A stretch of 64,000 nt of DNA from Prochlorococcus sp. AG-436-O11 (GCA_003212535.1 QCPO01000002.1:33215-97214), one strand, 5' to 3'; positions 11,213-19,909 are shown, numbered from the stretch's first letter. Notes: generated by a model not told the origin, from the letters alone. Numbers and translations: made by a program.

Positions 11213-11354
11213 AGAATTAGTAGATCAAGTTTCAGTTTCTTTTTTTAAACAAAGAGGCAAGATGGAAAGCCGTAGGTCGTGGTTGGCAATGAGAAATTAT
11301 CTCGAACAATTAGATTGTGAACAACTCAAAGCCATGCTTAGAGAAGTTGCATAG
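11202..11354 (+). CDS. 50-aa helical microprotein, third gene of operon
   Basis: MTHKELVDQVSVSFFKQRGKMESRRSWLAMRNYLEQLDCEQLKAMLREVA*; overlaps previous ORF by 11 nt. Confidence 0.7.
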   Translation: MTHKELVDQVSVSFFKQRGKMESRRSWLAMRNYLEQLDCEQLKAMLREVA

Positions 11355-11614
11355 TTTCAAACTAATCGGTATTAATTTTCCGAATATAATAATGAAATTC
11401 TAACTAATCATGATAACAGAAGACCAAATAATAGATTTAAAAATAAAGCTTTTCTTTAATTAAATAATTTAGATATATTAAAAAATATTTTTATATATTT
11501 TTTATTAATAACTTATTTTTATTCATTTGTTATTAGATTATGAGTAAGGTCTTAAACTAAGTAAAAATATCTAGATAAATTTACCATTAAGTAATCTATG
11601 ATTTAAAGGTGTAA

Positions 11615-12364
11615 CTAATACTTAATAGCCATTTGCCAATAAGGATAATCTATATTTGATTTTTCTCTTATTAACTGTAATTTTCTAGAATTTATCTTTA
11701 CTACTATTCCATCGTTTGGATATTCCTTAAACAACTTCCCTTCTAACCATTGCTTTCTAAAAATTTTTACTTGGTTTGTAAAATTACAAGAAATATCTTT
11801 TGGAGTTGAGAAACCAAGCTTTGAAAGATGCTTTTTGGATTCATGTTGGTTAAGTCTTGAATTAAGTATTTGAAAACTGCAAAAAATGAGATTTTCTCCA
11901 AATCCTTCTTTAGCCCTGAGGAATCCAGAAGAAATTCTTTGGGAAAAATTGGGAGCTTGATTGGGGGCATAGAGTTCACCTCGAACTTGAAAAATTCCTC
12001 GAATAGGAATTTGTTTGGGAATGGTTTGAATTTTTGTAATTTTGCTTGTGATGTCGGTACCTTTTCTTGAGATTGATTTTTCTAAAGTGCCATTTCTATA
12101 TTGCAAAGCAATAGCACAACCATCAATCTTAGGTTCAATTAATAAGCGAGTATCTGGTAGTAAGCATTTTAAAAAATCATCTATTGAATCCTTCTCTAAT
12201 GATGGTAAGACTAATTTATTTTTCTTGTTAAAGTAATCGCAATTTGGATCAATCCTTAATAAATTTTTTTCCAGTTTATCAAACTGTTTATCAGAAATTA
12301 AAGCATTACCATTTCTATAGTTATTGTCATACCATTCAATGCGTTCCTCTAGATAACTTTTCAT
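11615..12364 (-). CDS. Truncated NAD+-dependent DNA ligase (subdomain Ia + adenylation domain only)
   Basis: YDNNY..ISDKQFD (Ia), EPKIDG (motif I with catalytic Lys), SRKG.DIT, VRGELY, DGIVVK, W.MAIKY end; no OB, Zn, HhH or BRCT domains. Confidence 0.85.
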   Translation of the reverse strand: MKSYLEERIEWYDNNYRNGNALISDKQFDKLEKNLLRIDPNCDYFNKKNKLVLPSLEKDSIDDFLKCLLPDTRLLIEPKIDGCAIALQYRNGTLEKSISRKGTDITSKITKIQTIPKQIPIRGIFQVRGELYAPNQAPNFSQRISSGFLRAKEGFGENLIFCSFQILNSRLNQHESKKHLSKLGFSTPKDISCNFTNQVKIFRKQWLEGKLFKEYPNDGIVVKINSRKLQLIREKSNIDYPYWQMAIKY

Positions 12365-12571
12365 TTAATAAGAAGGCTTTAAATTTTTGCTAGGTATCCA
12401 GCGTGGTTTATCTATAATCCATTTTTCTCTTTCTTCGTATTTAACTGACCATAAAAGAAAAGAAGAAATTTGTTTGAATGATATTCCAACTATATATCTT
12501 GTCCTTGGGCTGATGGAGATAAATCCAACTAAGAATATTAATAAAATTAGTTTGAATATACTTTTAATCAT
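12365..12571 (-). CDS. Small membrane hypothetical protein
   Basis: 68-aa ORF, hydrophobic N-terminus, abuts ligase start. Confidence 0.6.
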   Translation of the reverse strand: MIKSIFKLILLIFLVGFISISPRTRYIVGISFKQISSFLLWSVKYEEREKWIIDKPRWIPSKNLKPSY

Positions 12572-12607
12572 TTAAAATTGATTTGGCGGATAATTAGTAA
12601 TAGTTTT

Positions 12608-12862
12608 TTATATGCAATTCTTATAACCTTCTATTTTTGCCAGGTCTTCAATAGTTAAACCAGTCTCATTTAATAGTTTTTCTCTTATATTTTCCTCATT
12701 AAATTTTGTTAAAGCCCCTTTTGATGAGAGCGTTACGCAGATGTTTTTATATTTTGCCTCTTTAATAACTGGAGTTAAATAAAAACCAAATAAGATTATA
12801 AACCCTCCAAAAGTTATAACTCTTCTATGGTTTTTCCACCATTCATAAAATTTATTTTTCAT
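12608..12862 (-). CDS. Single-TM hypothetical protein with Cys pair
   Basis: 84 aa; TM followed by PVIKEAKYKNIC...NCI. Confidence 0.65.
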   Translation of the reverse strand: MKNKFYEWWKNHRRVITFGGFIILFGFYLTPVIKEAKYKNICVTLSSKGALTKFNEENIREKLLNETGLTIEDLAKIEGYKNCI

Positions 12863-13188
12863 AAAGAAATCAATAACTAACTTTTATTGTAGATCTAATG
12901 TCAATTAATTTATCTTTAATTAATTAAACGAACTTAAAGATAAATCTTTTGTTCTAATTGAGAAACCAAATACTTCCTTCATTTTTTAATATTCCACTTT
13001 CTAAAAACATACAAAACATAAACCTATATAAAAAGGTTTCGAGAAATAATATTATAATTTAGAGATTTATATACTTAATCAAATTTTGTTCTTGAATATC
13101 CATTTGTATTGAAGTATTGCTAAACAAGAATATCGCAGATATATATTTTAAAAAATAATTTGACGATTTTAAAAACTCTTATAAAAAC

Positions 13189-13235
13189 TTGACGATCGAA
13201 AGTAGTATGTTTATACTAATAGTACAAGCGTATTA
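13189..13235 (+). promoter_or_regulatory. Near-consensus sigma70 promoter plus LexA-box-like operator
   Basis: TTGACG (13189-13194), 17 bp, TATACT (13212-13217), then TAGTACA-AG-CGTATTA (13220-13235). Confidence 0.7.
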
Positions 13236-13238
13236 ATT

Positions 13239-13500
13239 GTAGCTATCGGAGTTTCTGATGTTCGGACTGATTTTTCTTTTTGCTGTCATAATGATACCCC
13301 AAGTGACTGGCTGTTTAACTAAAAAGGTAGCTTGTTAATCTTTTTGAAAGATTTATGAACTATGATATTGAAGAATATTAAACTCTATATTTCTTTTTTT
13401 TTATGCAAATCAAATTCGCGAAACTGGCTTACTTAAAAATACAAGACTTTAATTGACTGAGCTTCTTAAACCCGGAAGGAATTAATTGAATGAAGTTTGA
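13239..13500 (+). pseudogene. Degenerate paralog of the DUF1651-like gene at 10776
   Basis: VAIGVSDVRTDFSFCCHNDTPSDWLFN*KGSLLIFLK aligns with MTLGGANVWTNFSYGYRNDSPSGWLLSPDRSILVLFAR; later FYANQIRETGLLK aligns with YYANYIGEPIAIK; start lost, stops and frameshifts present. Confidence 0.75.
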
Positions 13501-14211
13501 TTTTAGTTACTAATGAATCTCAATAATCATAATGAATGAGAAAAAAGAACAAAGAGAATATTTAAAGAAAGAGATAGTAATAACAAAATCTAAAAATGTT
13601 TATTATTTCAATCAATATAAATACAGCACTAAAGAAACTTTTTTCTAAGATATTGATTTGCCCTATTCACAAAAATTATTCTCTGTAATTTATAAATTAT
13701 TATTCAATTTTATTTTTTAATATTTCTATTGTTTTTTGCTTACATTTTTCACTTTTTGAATTATCAGAATTGGCTTCTTTAATTAAAACTTTTAAAAAGT
13801 TATTCAATAAAATTTAGCGAAATCCTCTAAGAGATTTAGAAGATATTTTGCAAATTACTCTAATTTTTTCTTTCTATTTATTCAAGATATAAACTTGAAG
13901 TGTTTTTAGTTTTAAAAATATTTTATTTGCTTTATATGTTTTTAATAATTTTCTTAAAATATATTCTTGAAAACTCCTTTTCAAGAATATTACTATTAAG
14001 ATAGTTGATTTGAATTTTCTTTTAAAGTATTTAAGATTAAATCAGCATTTTTACTGATTTACTTTAACTGTAAATAAGGCTTATGTTTAATTTATAGAGT
14101 TGGAGGGATCTTATGATTGACAGTCCACCAGAGAATCTAAATAAAATAAATTTATTATAAACTTCTAAGTAAGTGATATAAAACAATTTAAATATAGATA
14201 AAACTAAAGCT

Positions 14212-14252
14212 AAAAGAGGAATGTTTCCTATGTCTAGGATTCATTCCTTTTA
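14212..14252. terminator. Hairpin, possibly a bidirectional terminator
   Basis: AAAAGAGGAATG-TT-TCCTA[TGTC]TAGGA-TT-CATTCC-TTTT. Confidence 0.55.
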
Positions 14253-14558
14253 AAATATTTATATAGTTATAAAAATCAATGGAAGCTAAATTGTAAGCTC
14301 TTTGTTTCAAAAAATAATAAAGTATTTAATGCTATTTCTTCAAGATACCATTAAGAAAAAATGATTCTAAGTTTTACTAAAAATTAATCCTAAACATATT
14401 TTGTCTCCTTCCGATTTATTCATAATAGTCTTCAATAAGTATTTAAAATCTATATTTCTGTTATAAAAATATTTATAATTTTTTTGTATATTTCCTTAAT
14501 TCTTACATAGCTTTTTTTATTAATATTTTTTTGCTATTTGTTATATATAAAACTATTA

Positions 14559-14752
14559 TTATATTCCATTGCAATTAAAAGAGCTGCAATTAAAAATTCT
14601 AATTATTCTTATTATAAAATTATGAAAATTATCATCGAAAAAAAAGACCAAGTTGTAAAGATAGCAAAACAAGAAAGAGCAAATGCAGCATATTGAAGCC
14701 AATGGATTCCATAACTATCTAAGCCAATTTTATTGTAATCAGTATTACTCAA
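14559..14752 (-). pseudogene. Frameshifted small membrane protein
   Basis: TTG start MSNTDYNKIGLDSYGIHWLQYAAFALSCFAIFTTWS; correcting the A8 run at 14638-14645 continues as FFDDNFHNFIIRIIRIFNCSSFNCNGI*. Confidence 0.55.
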
Positions 14753-14857
14753 TTATTTTTTATTTTTATAATAAATAAATTTAATTAAAATTTAGAGTAC
14801 CTTTCTTTAAAGATTGATTTATGTCTTGGATAAGAATAATTTTATACTTATGAGCTA

Positions 14858-15003
14858 TTACCTAAATAAAGCAGGAATTATGCCTCCTAATAAACTGAAT
14901 TTTATTACTAAAGCTAAGATTCCTATCAATGCAAATCTTCCATTATATATAGCCTATATATAAGAACAAAACCAATAAGTTGAGGTATCTGAGAATTAGC
15001 AAA
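14858..15003 (-). pseudogene. hli: Relic of a high-light-inducible (hli/CAB-like) gene
   Basis: 14953-14858 reads AIYNGRFALIGILALVIKFSLLGGIIPALFR*, resembling Hli AExxNGRxAMIG...TGQIIPGIF; in-frame TAG just upstream, no start codon, conserved Glu lost. Confidence 0.7.
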
Positions 15004-15063
15004 TTATATTTTCAATCAAGTCTTAATATATAAAAATAAAAATTAAATTTTTTTGTAAGGAAA

Positions 15064-15234
15064 TTATTTATTTAAATCTTGAATCTCGCCAGATTCTTTA
15101 AGAGAATTAAAAATTCTTTTATTCTCAGTTTTTAAATTTTCAAGTGCTGATTTGGTAAATTGTTCTTTTGCTTCAAACTTTGCTGAGGTTATTATTTTTT
15201 TATTAGGAAGTTTCTTCTTTGGTTTTGGCGTCAT
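15064..15234 (-). CDS. 56-aa basic hypothetical protein
   Basis: MTPKPKKKLPNKKIITSAKFEAKEQFTKSALENLKTENKRIFNSLKESGEIQDLNK*. Confidence 0.55.
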   Translation of the reverse strand: MTPKPKKKLPNKKIITSAKFEAKEQFTKSALENLKTENKRIFNSLKESGEIQDLNK

Positions 15235-15336
15235 TTTTTATTTCTTTTATAAAAATATTAGTAGATTTATTTGATTAATTAAGTATGATTTTTTACAGAA
15301 TTTTGGTTAATTATATTTATTTACAAAAAATTTAAT

Positions 15337-15543
15337 TTAATCTTTTGTGAGCCTTAACCATCCACTCTTCCATTCTGATTTTAATTCTCCCCATGAAATT
15401 CTTATAATATCTTTTTTACTTTTTGTGGGGAATATATCAACCCATCTATTTTCACTTTTGCCACCATAGGCTTTAACCTGATAATGACAATTACCATTGA
15501 TTGTTTTTGGTGCTGTCCAACAAGAAGTAGGAGGCCATTTCAT
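15337..15543 (-). CDS. Tryptophan-rich conserved hypothetical protein (TIGR02450-like)
   Basis: WPP..WTA....G..HYQV...GG...RWV...W.ELK..WKSGW pattern. Confidence 0.8.
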   Translation of the reverse strand: MKWPPTSCWTAPKTINGNCHYQVKAYGGKSENRWVDIFPTKSKKDIIRISWGELKSEWKSGWLRLTKD

Positions 15544-15577
15544 AAAAAGAATTTTATAGTTTTAAAATAAAATAATT

Positions 15578-15664
15578 CTATAGATTGCTATGACCAGTTA
15601 AAACTAATCCATAGTAGGCAATAGTACCAATAATTAAAACTATACCTAATAAACGAATAATCAT
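15578..15664 (-). CDS. 28-aa single-TM microprotein
   Basis: MIIRLLGIVLIIGTIAYYGLVLTGHSNL*. Confidence 0.4.
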   Translation of the reverse strand: MIIRLLGIVLIIGTIAYYGLVLTGHSNL

Positions 15665-15779
15665 TTTCTTAAGATAAATTATTTAGATTATATTCAAGAA
15701 ATTTAAACTATGAAAGAACACTTTAATTTTTTATATAAATTAGTTTATATTTTTAAGAATTACTTAATTCTTTCTCTTC

Positions 15780-15971
15780 TTATTTCTTAAATAAGGAATT
15801 ACATGATTTTGTGGGCCACTCATTTTTGATTCTTCCTATGAAATCGTAAATAAACGAATCTGGACATGCAGTTGCTTCTTAATTTTCAGAAAGCTCTTCT
15901 TTTATAAATTGATAAATACTTTTTGTTATTCGAATATTATCTTCTTGAGTAGGATTCCATTTTTTGTTCAT
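15780..15971 (-). pseudogene. Small hypothetical gene with internal stop
   Basis: MNKKWNPTQEDNIRITKSIYQFIKEELSEN*EATACPDSFIYDFIGRIKNEWPTKSCNSLFKK*; internal TAA at 15879-15881. Confidence 0.6.
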
Positions 15972-16197
15972 TTAATTATTCTCTACAATATCTTAATAAG
16001 TTGTATCTCTATAATCAGAATCTGAAGAACATAAATACCCATCTATTTATCTAGTAAATTGTATGCATCTGAATACTTTAAAAAAAAGATAGGTAAGTTT
16101 GGCTGTTTTCTTCAATTCTAATAATTTATAACCCATAAAAAGTTTGAATTATGAACAATTTTTTAATTTTTTATTATTCTTTTAAGTCTTAAATTTT

Positions 16198-16401
16198 TTA
16201 TTGAAGATTTTTGGGATATAATTTATCAATTTTGTTTTTTTGTATTTCTATTTTTCTTTTTTCATATTTTGTTGATATGAATTTTCTAATAAATAATTGT
16301 GGGACAAGCCAAATTAATGCTATAGCTATAGCCATGAAAATAGGGTTTCTCCAGGTTAACCTAAGTATCTCTTGAGTTAATTCTTGATTTAAAACTTCCA
16401 T
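16198..16401 (-). CDS. Small single-TM hypothetical protein
   Basis: MEVLNQELTQEILRLTWRNPIFMAIAIALIWLVPQLFIR...; ATG at 16401 preferred over 16464. Confidence 0.65.
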   Translation of the reverse strand: MEVLNQELTQEILRLTWRNPIFMAIAIALIWLVPQLFIRKFISTKYEKRKIEIQKNKIDKLYPKNLQ

Positions 16402-16579
16402 AAACAAAAAATTTAGATGATATCTATATAGAAACTCACCTTTTGAACTTTTACTAGTAGACATTAAAATTATAACCTTTTAAAAAATTTATATATATTT
16501 AATTTCTTACTCTTTTTTTATTGATTATTTTGTATTTCTCAAATAAAGAGTTAAATTATAGTTCAATCTTCTAAAGAAA

Positions 16580-17245
16580 ATGTCTACTTATCTTGTAACA
16601 GGCTCAAATAGGGGCATTGGTTTGGAATTATGTAATCAAATTCATAATAGGGGAGATGAGGTGATTGCAACTTGTAGGAGGGCATCGCCAGAACTAATTA
16701 ATTTAGGGGTAAGAATTGAAGATAATATAGACATCTCATCTGAAGAGGCAATAAATAATTTAGGTAAAAAACTTTCTGGAATTAATATAGATTGCTTAAT
16801 TCATAATGCAGGTATTTATGAATTTAATTCTTTAGAAGACTTAAATAAAGAAAGTATATTTCGCCAATTTGAAGTAAATGCATTTAGTCCAATTTATATG
16901 ACTCAATCTCTTAAACATCTTTTAAAAAGATCATCGAAAATTGCTTTTATAACAAGCAGAATGGCTTCTGTTGGTGATAATTCATCGGGAAGTTCTTATG
17001 GCTATAGGATGTCCAAAGTCGCATTATCAATGGCAGCAAAATCACTCTCAATAGATTTATTAAAAGAAGAAATTTATGTTGCTATTTTGCATCCTGGCTT
17101 AGTAAGTACTCGCATGACAGGTTTTACTCGAAATGGAATAACTGCTGAAGAATCGGTAAATGGTATCTTAAAAAGAATTGATGAGCTAAATAAAAATAAT
17201 TCAGGCACTTTTTGGCATACTAATGGACAGGTTTTGCCTTGGTAG
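16580..17245 (+). CDS. Short-chain dehydrogenase/reductase (CsgA-like SDR)
   Basis: TGSNRGIG, HNAG, YRMSK (YxxxK), HPGLV.T.M. Confidence 0.9.
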   Translation: MSTYLVTGSNRGIGLELCNQIHNRGDEVIATCRRASPELINLGVRIEDNIDISSEEAINNLGKKLSGINIDCLIHNAGIYEFNSLEDLNKESIFRQFEVNAFSPIYMTQSLKHLLKRSSKIAFITSRMASVGDNSSGSSYGYRMSKVALSMAAKSLSIDLLKEEIYVAILHPGLVSTRMTGFTRNGITAEESVNGILKRIDELNKNNSGTFWHTNGQVLPW

Positions 17246-17382
17246 TAATTATGCTTCTTCTTCATTTTTAATTATTAAAATAATTTAATTTGTTAAAAGA
17301 ATTTTAAATTTTGATTTAATAGCTTCCCTTCTCGAATTTATTTAGTTAATTTTAAAAAAACATTAGTAAAGGAGGTGATTCA

Positions 17383-17505
17383 TTGTCGTATCTAACAAAA
17401 AATGAGGTTATTAAAGAGGCTGTGAATTCAATATCTTCATCGATTTCATTGCTCTCTTTTCCTTTAATTAAGAAAAAAGGTTTTATAATTAATAGGTTTA
17501 TATAA
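17383..17505 (+). CDS. 40-aa microprotein with extended Shine-Dalgarno
   Basis: AAAGGAGGTGAT immediately upstream of TTG; MSYLTKNEVIKEAVNSISSSISLLSFPLIKKKGFIINRFI*; followed by terminator. Confidence 0.6.
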   Translation: MSYLTKNEVIKEAVNSISSSISLLSFPLIKKKGFIINRFI

Positions 17506-17534
17506 AACAAATAAATCTTAATTATTATTGAAGT

Positions 17535-17566
17535 CTCTGCATTTTTAAAATTGCAGAGTTTTTTTT
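17535..17566 (+). terminator. Rho-independent terminator
   Basis: CTCTGCA / TGCAGAG stem followed by T8. Confidence 0.75.
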
Positions 17567-17946
17567 AACTATAAATCTAGAATTTGTTTAATAATGCTAA
17601 GTATCTTTATCTTTAATTTATTAAGAGCTAACAAAGATAATGTACTTATTAAATTAATTAGCTAATAACTTATTAAATATTTGCTTGAAACTTATTTCAT
17701 TTTTTTAGAATCTTCTTCTGATGACTTAATTATTTCAGAGAAAATTACTATTGAGGAAATTAAAAAAATTAAAAGGATGTAGGTTATGTTCATTTATAGA
17801 AAAATACTTATTACTAAAAATATAGCTCCCATTACTACTTCCACAATAGTTCCATCAACTAATAATTCTTTCCATATTTAACTTAGCCTTTTTATTTTAT
17901 CTTCTTTACTGATTAAATTTGCCAACCATTTCCGATACAATAGTTT

Positions 17947-17968
17947 AGTCATTACTATAGCAATGACT
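17947..17968. repeat. 22-bp near-perfect palindrome
   Basis: AGTCATTACTATAGCAATGACT, one mismatched pair. Confidence 0.6.
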
Positions 17969-18349
17969 TAATGAACTAAAATTAAACCTATAAGATCAAT
18001 TTAAGAAATATCTCTTGTAAAAATTTTGATAATAAAATATTCCACTAGCTTTTATCTCTTTTAAATAAAAATCCACCTTCCTATTTGTCTCTTCACCAAG
18101 CTTCTCTTTTCTTCTCTTTAGAAAAATTTTGTTTGCTTTCTTTTAATTTGTTTTTAAGGATATTAAAACTATTTTAGATGTGTTTTTTGTTGGCTCATCA
18201 AGTAACCTTGAAGTTACTTTCACTAATTAATAGGTAGTCGCTAAAAGAAAATTAAACCAATTAGTTGGATCGTTTTTTAATACTTTAGAATTTTTAATTG
18301 TATTTTATAAGAAAATTATTTTATATTATTATTTATTCTGTAAATAAAC

Positions 18350-18505
18350 TTATTGCCTTAACCAATGAAAGAATATTCTATCTAGGAGCCAAATTGTTAA
18401 ACCTCCCTCTAGAAAAGCTAACCAGTACATTCCATAGTCTGATAAACCCATTTGTTCCTTTACAGTTTTTATTAAATTTTTGTGAGCCTGAATAAGATTT
18501 TTCAT
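18350..18505 (-). CDS. 51-aa membrane microprotein
   Basis: MKNLIQAHKNLIKTVKEQMGLSDYGMYWLAFLEGGLTIWLLDRIFFHWLRQ*. Confidence 0.65.
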   Translation of the reverse strand: MKNLIQAHKNLIKTVKEQMGLSDYGMYWLAFLEGGLTIWLLDRIFFHWLRQ

Positions 18506-18525
18506 TTATGAAAATAATGGTGAAT

Positions 18526-18762
18526 TTAGTTAATTAAGTAGCCTTTCCCGTAACAAGATAGACATGTTCTAGTCTCATCTAATGAAACTCTTAAATAACC
18601 AGCTCCATTACATCGATAACAATCTATCTTATTTTTTGAATAGATTTTGGATTTAATCTTAGCAGCTCGATTCAAATAAAAAACAGTTTCTTTACGACCA
18701 TTTGCTTGAGCTGCTTTGCTTAAAAGTTTTTTGTATTTGACTTTCATTTCTAGAGTATCCAT
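18526..18762 (-). CDS. Small protein with DnaJ-type zinc finger
   Basis: Two CxxCxGxG motifs (CYRCNGAG, CLSCYGKG). Confidence 0.75.
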   Translation of the reverse strand: MDTLEMKVKYKKLLSKAAQANGRKETVFYLNRAAKIKSKIYSKNKIDCYRCNGAGYLRVSLDETRTCLSCYGKGYLIN

Positions 18763-19246
18763 AAGTTTTTCAAGCTAATTTCGAAAGAAGATAATAAGAT
18801 TACTTAATAATTATTAGGAATTTATGAATGATATTTCTAATTTGATCTCTTTTGAGATGCTAATAATATAACTATTATTTTTACTAAATGAATGCCCTAA
18901 TCCTTTTGAAGGTTTTAATTTAATAGAAAATTTATATTTGAAGAAAATAATATAGATAATCTTCCTAAACTATTTAAATTTTTTCCAAAGTATTTAAAAG
19001 ATCATCCAGGTTTTTTTAAACTTTTAACTAATAGCTCATTTTCTTGAGTTAAAATTTCAATCTTCGATTTTTTCTTTTCTTTTTTAATTTCAGTAGCCAA
19101 ATCATTTTGTATTTTTATTGTTTTCATTTAAAAAAAATGATGTTTAAATAATTTAAGTTAAAAATCATACCTACCCAAAAATGAAACTGTTAGTAATTTA
19201 AATAAAATAAAGACTTTATTTTATTTTGCACATAGATCAATAAATT

Positions 19247-19298
19247 AATTCAACAGATTGTGGAAAAACCTGTTGAAAAAGCGATAAAAAGTGGATAA
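19247..19298. promoter_or_regulatory. Cluster of DnaA-box-like 9-mers
   Basis: TGTGGAAAA (19259-19267), TGTTGAAAA (19271-19279), AGTGGATAA (19290-19298), inverted AATTCAACA (19247-19255). Confidence 0.5.
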
Positions 19299-19651
19299 CT
19301 CGCGGGGATCATAGTCAAAACAGGGTTTTATGGATTATTTTCTAAGTATTAATACTTGATCTATAAAATTATAAATATAGATAATAAATTCATATAATCA
19401 GTTGTTATCACTATGGGATCATTACTCTTTTTATTAAATTAAATATTTCTCTTGAAAATATATCTTGAAGTAATAAACAATTCTTTTTTATTCGATCTTG
19501 TTTCAAATTAAAAATTAAAGTAAAGAAAAATAAATGAAAATTCAAATAATTTTCTGGAATTCTTGGTTAAAAAGCTTATTCGGTTTTCTCTATATTTTTT
19601 CCTTTCAGATGAAAAATAAATTGAATATATTGTTTTTTTATATAATAAAAA

Positions 19652-19888
19652 ATGAAAGAAGAAACAAAGGAATCTCAAAAATGCTCAGATAAGAAAAAAA
19701 TTATGTTTGCTTATGGTTTTATTCAGCTAGGATCTAGCTTAGTATCTGCTTTAGCTTTAGCGGTAATAGCGTTTGGGTTTTGTTCAATTAAGAAAGAATC
19801 AAAACTTTTCAATAAATGTGTTACTGAAGTAATTGAAAAGGGTAGTAGTAGTTCTGAGGCTGTTAGATATTGCAATGGTGGTAAGTGA
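19652..19888 (+). CDS. Single-TM hypothetical protein ending in YCNGG
   Basis: 78 aa; TM then SIKKESKLFNKC...AVRYCNGGK. Confidence 0.7.
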   Translation: MKEETKESQKCSDKKKIMFAYGFIQLGSSLVSALALAVIAFGFCSIKKESKLFNKCVTEVIEKGSSSSEAVRYCNGGK

Positions 19889-19909
19889 ATCGTTAAAAAA
19901 TATAATTAA

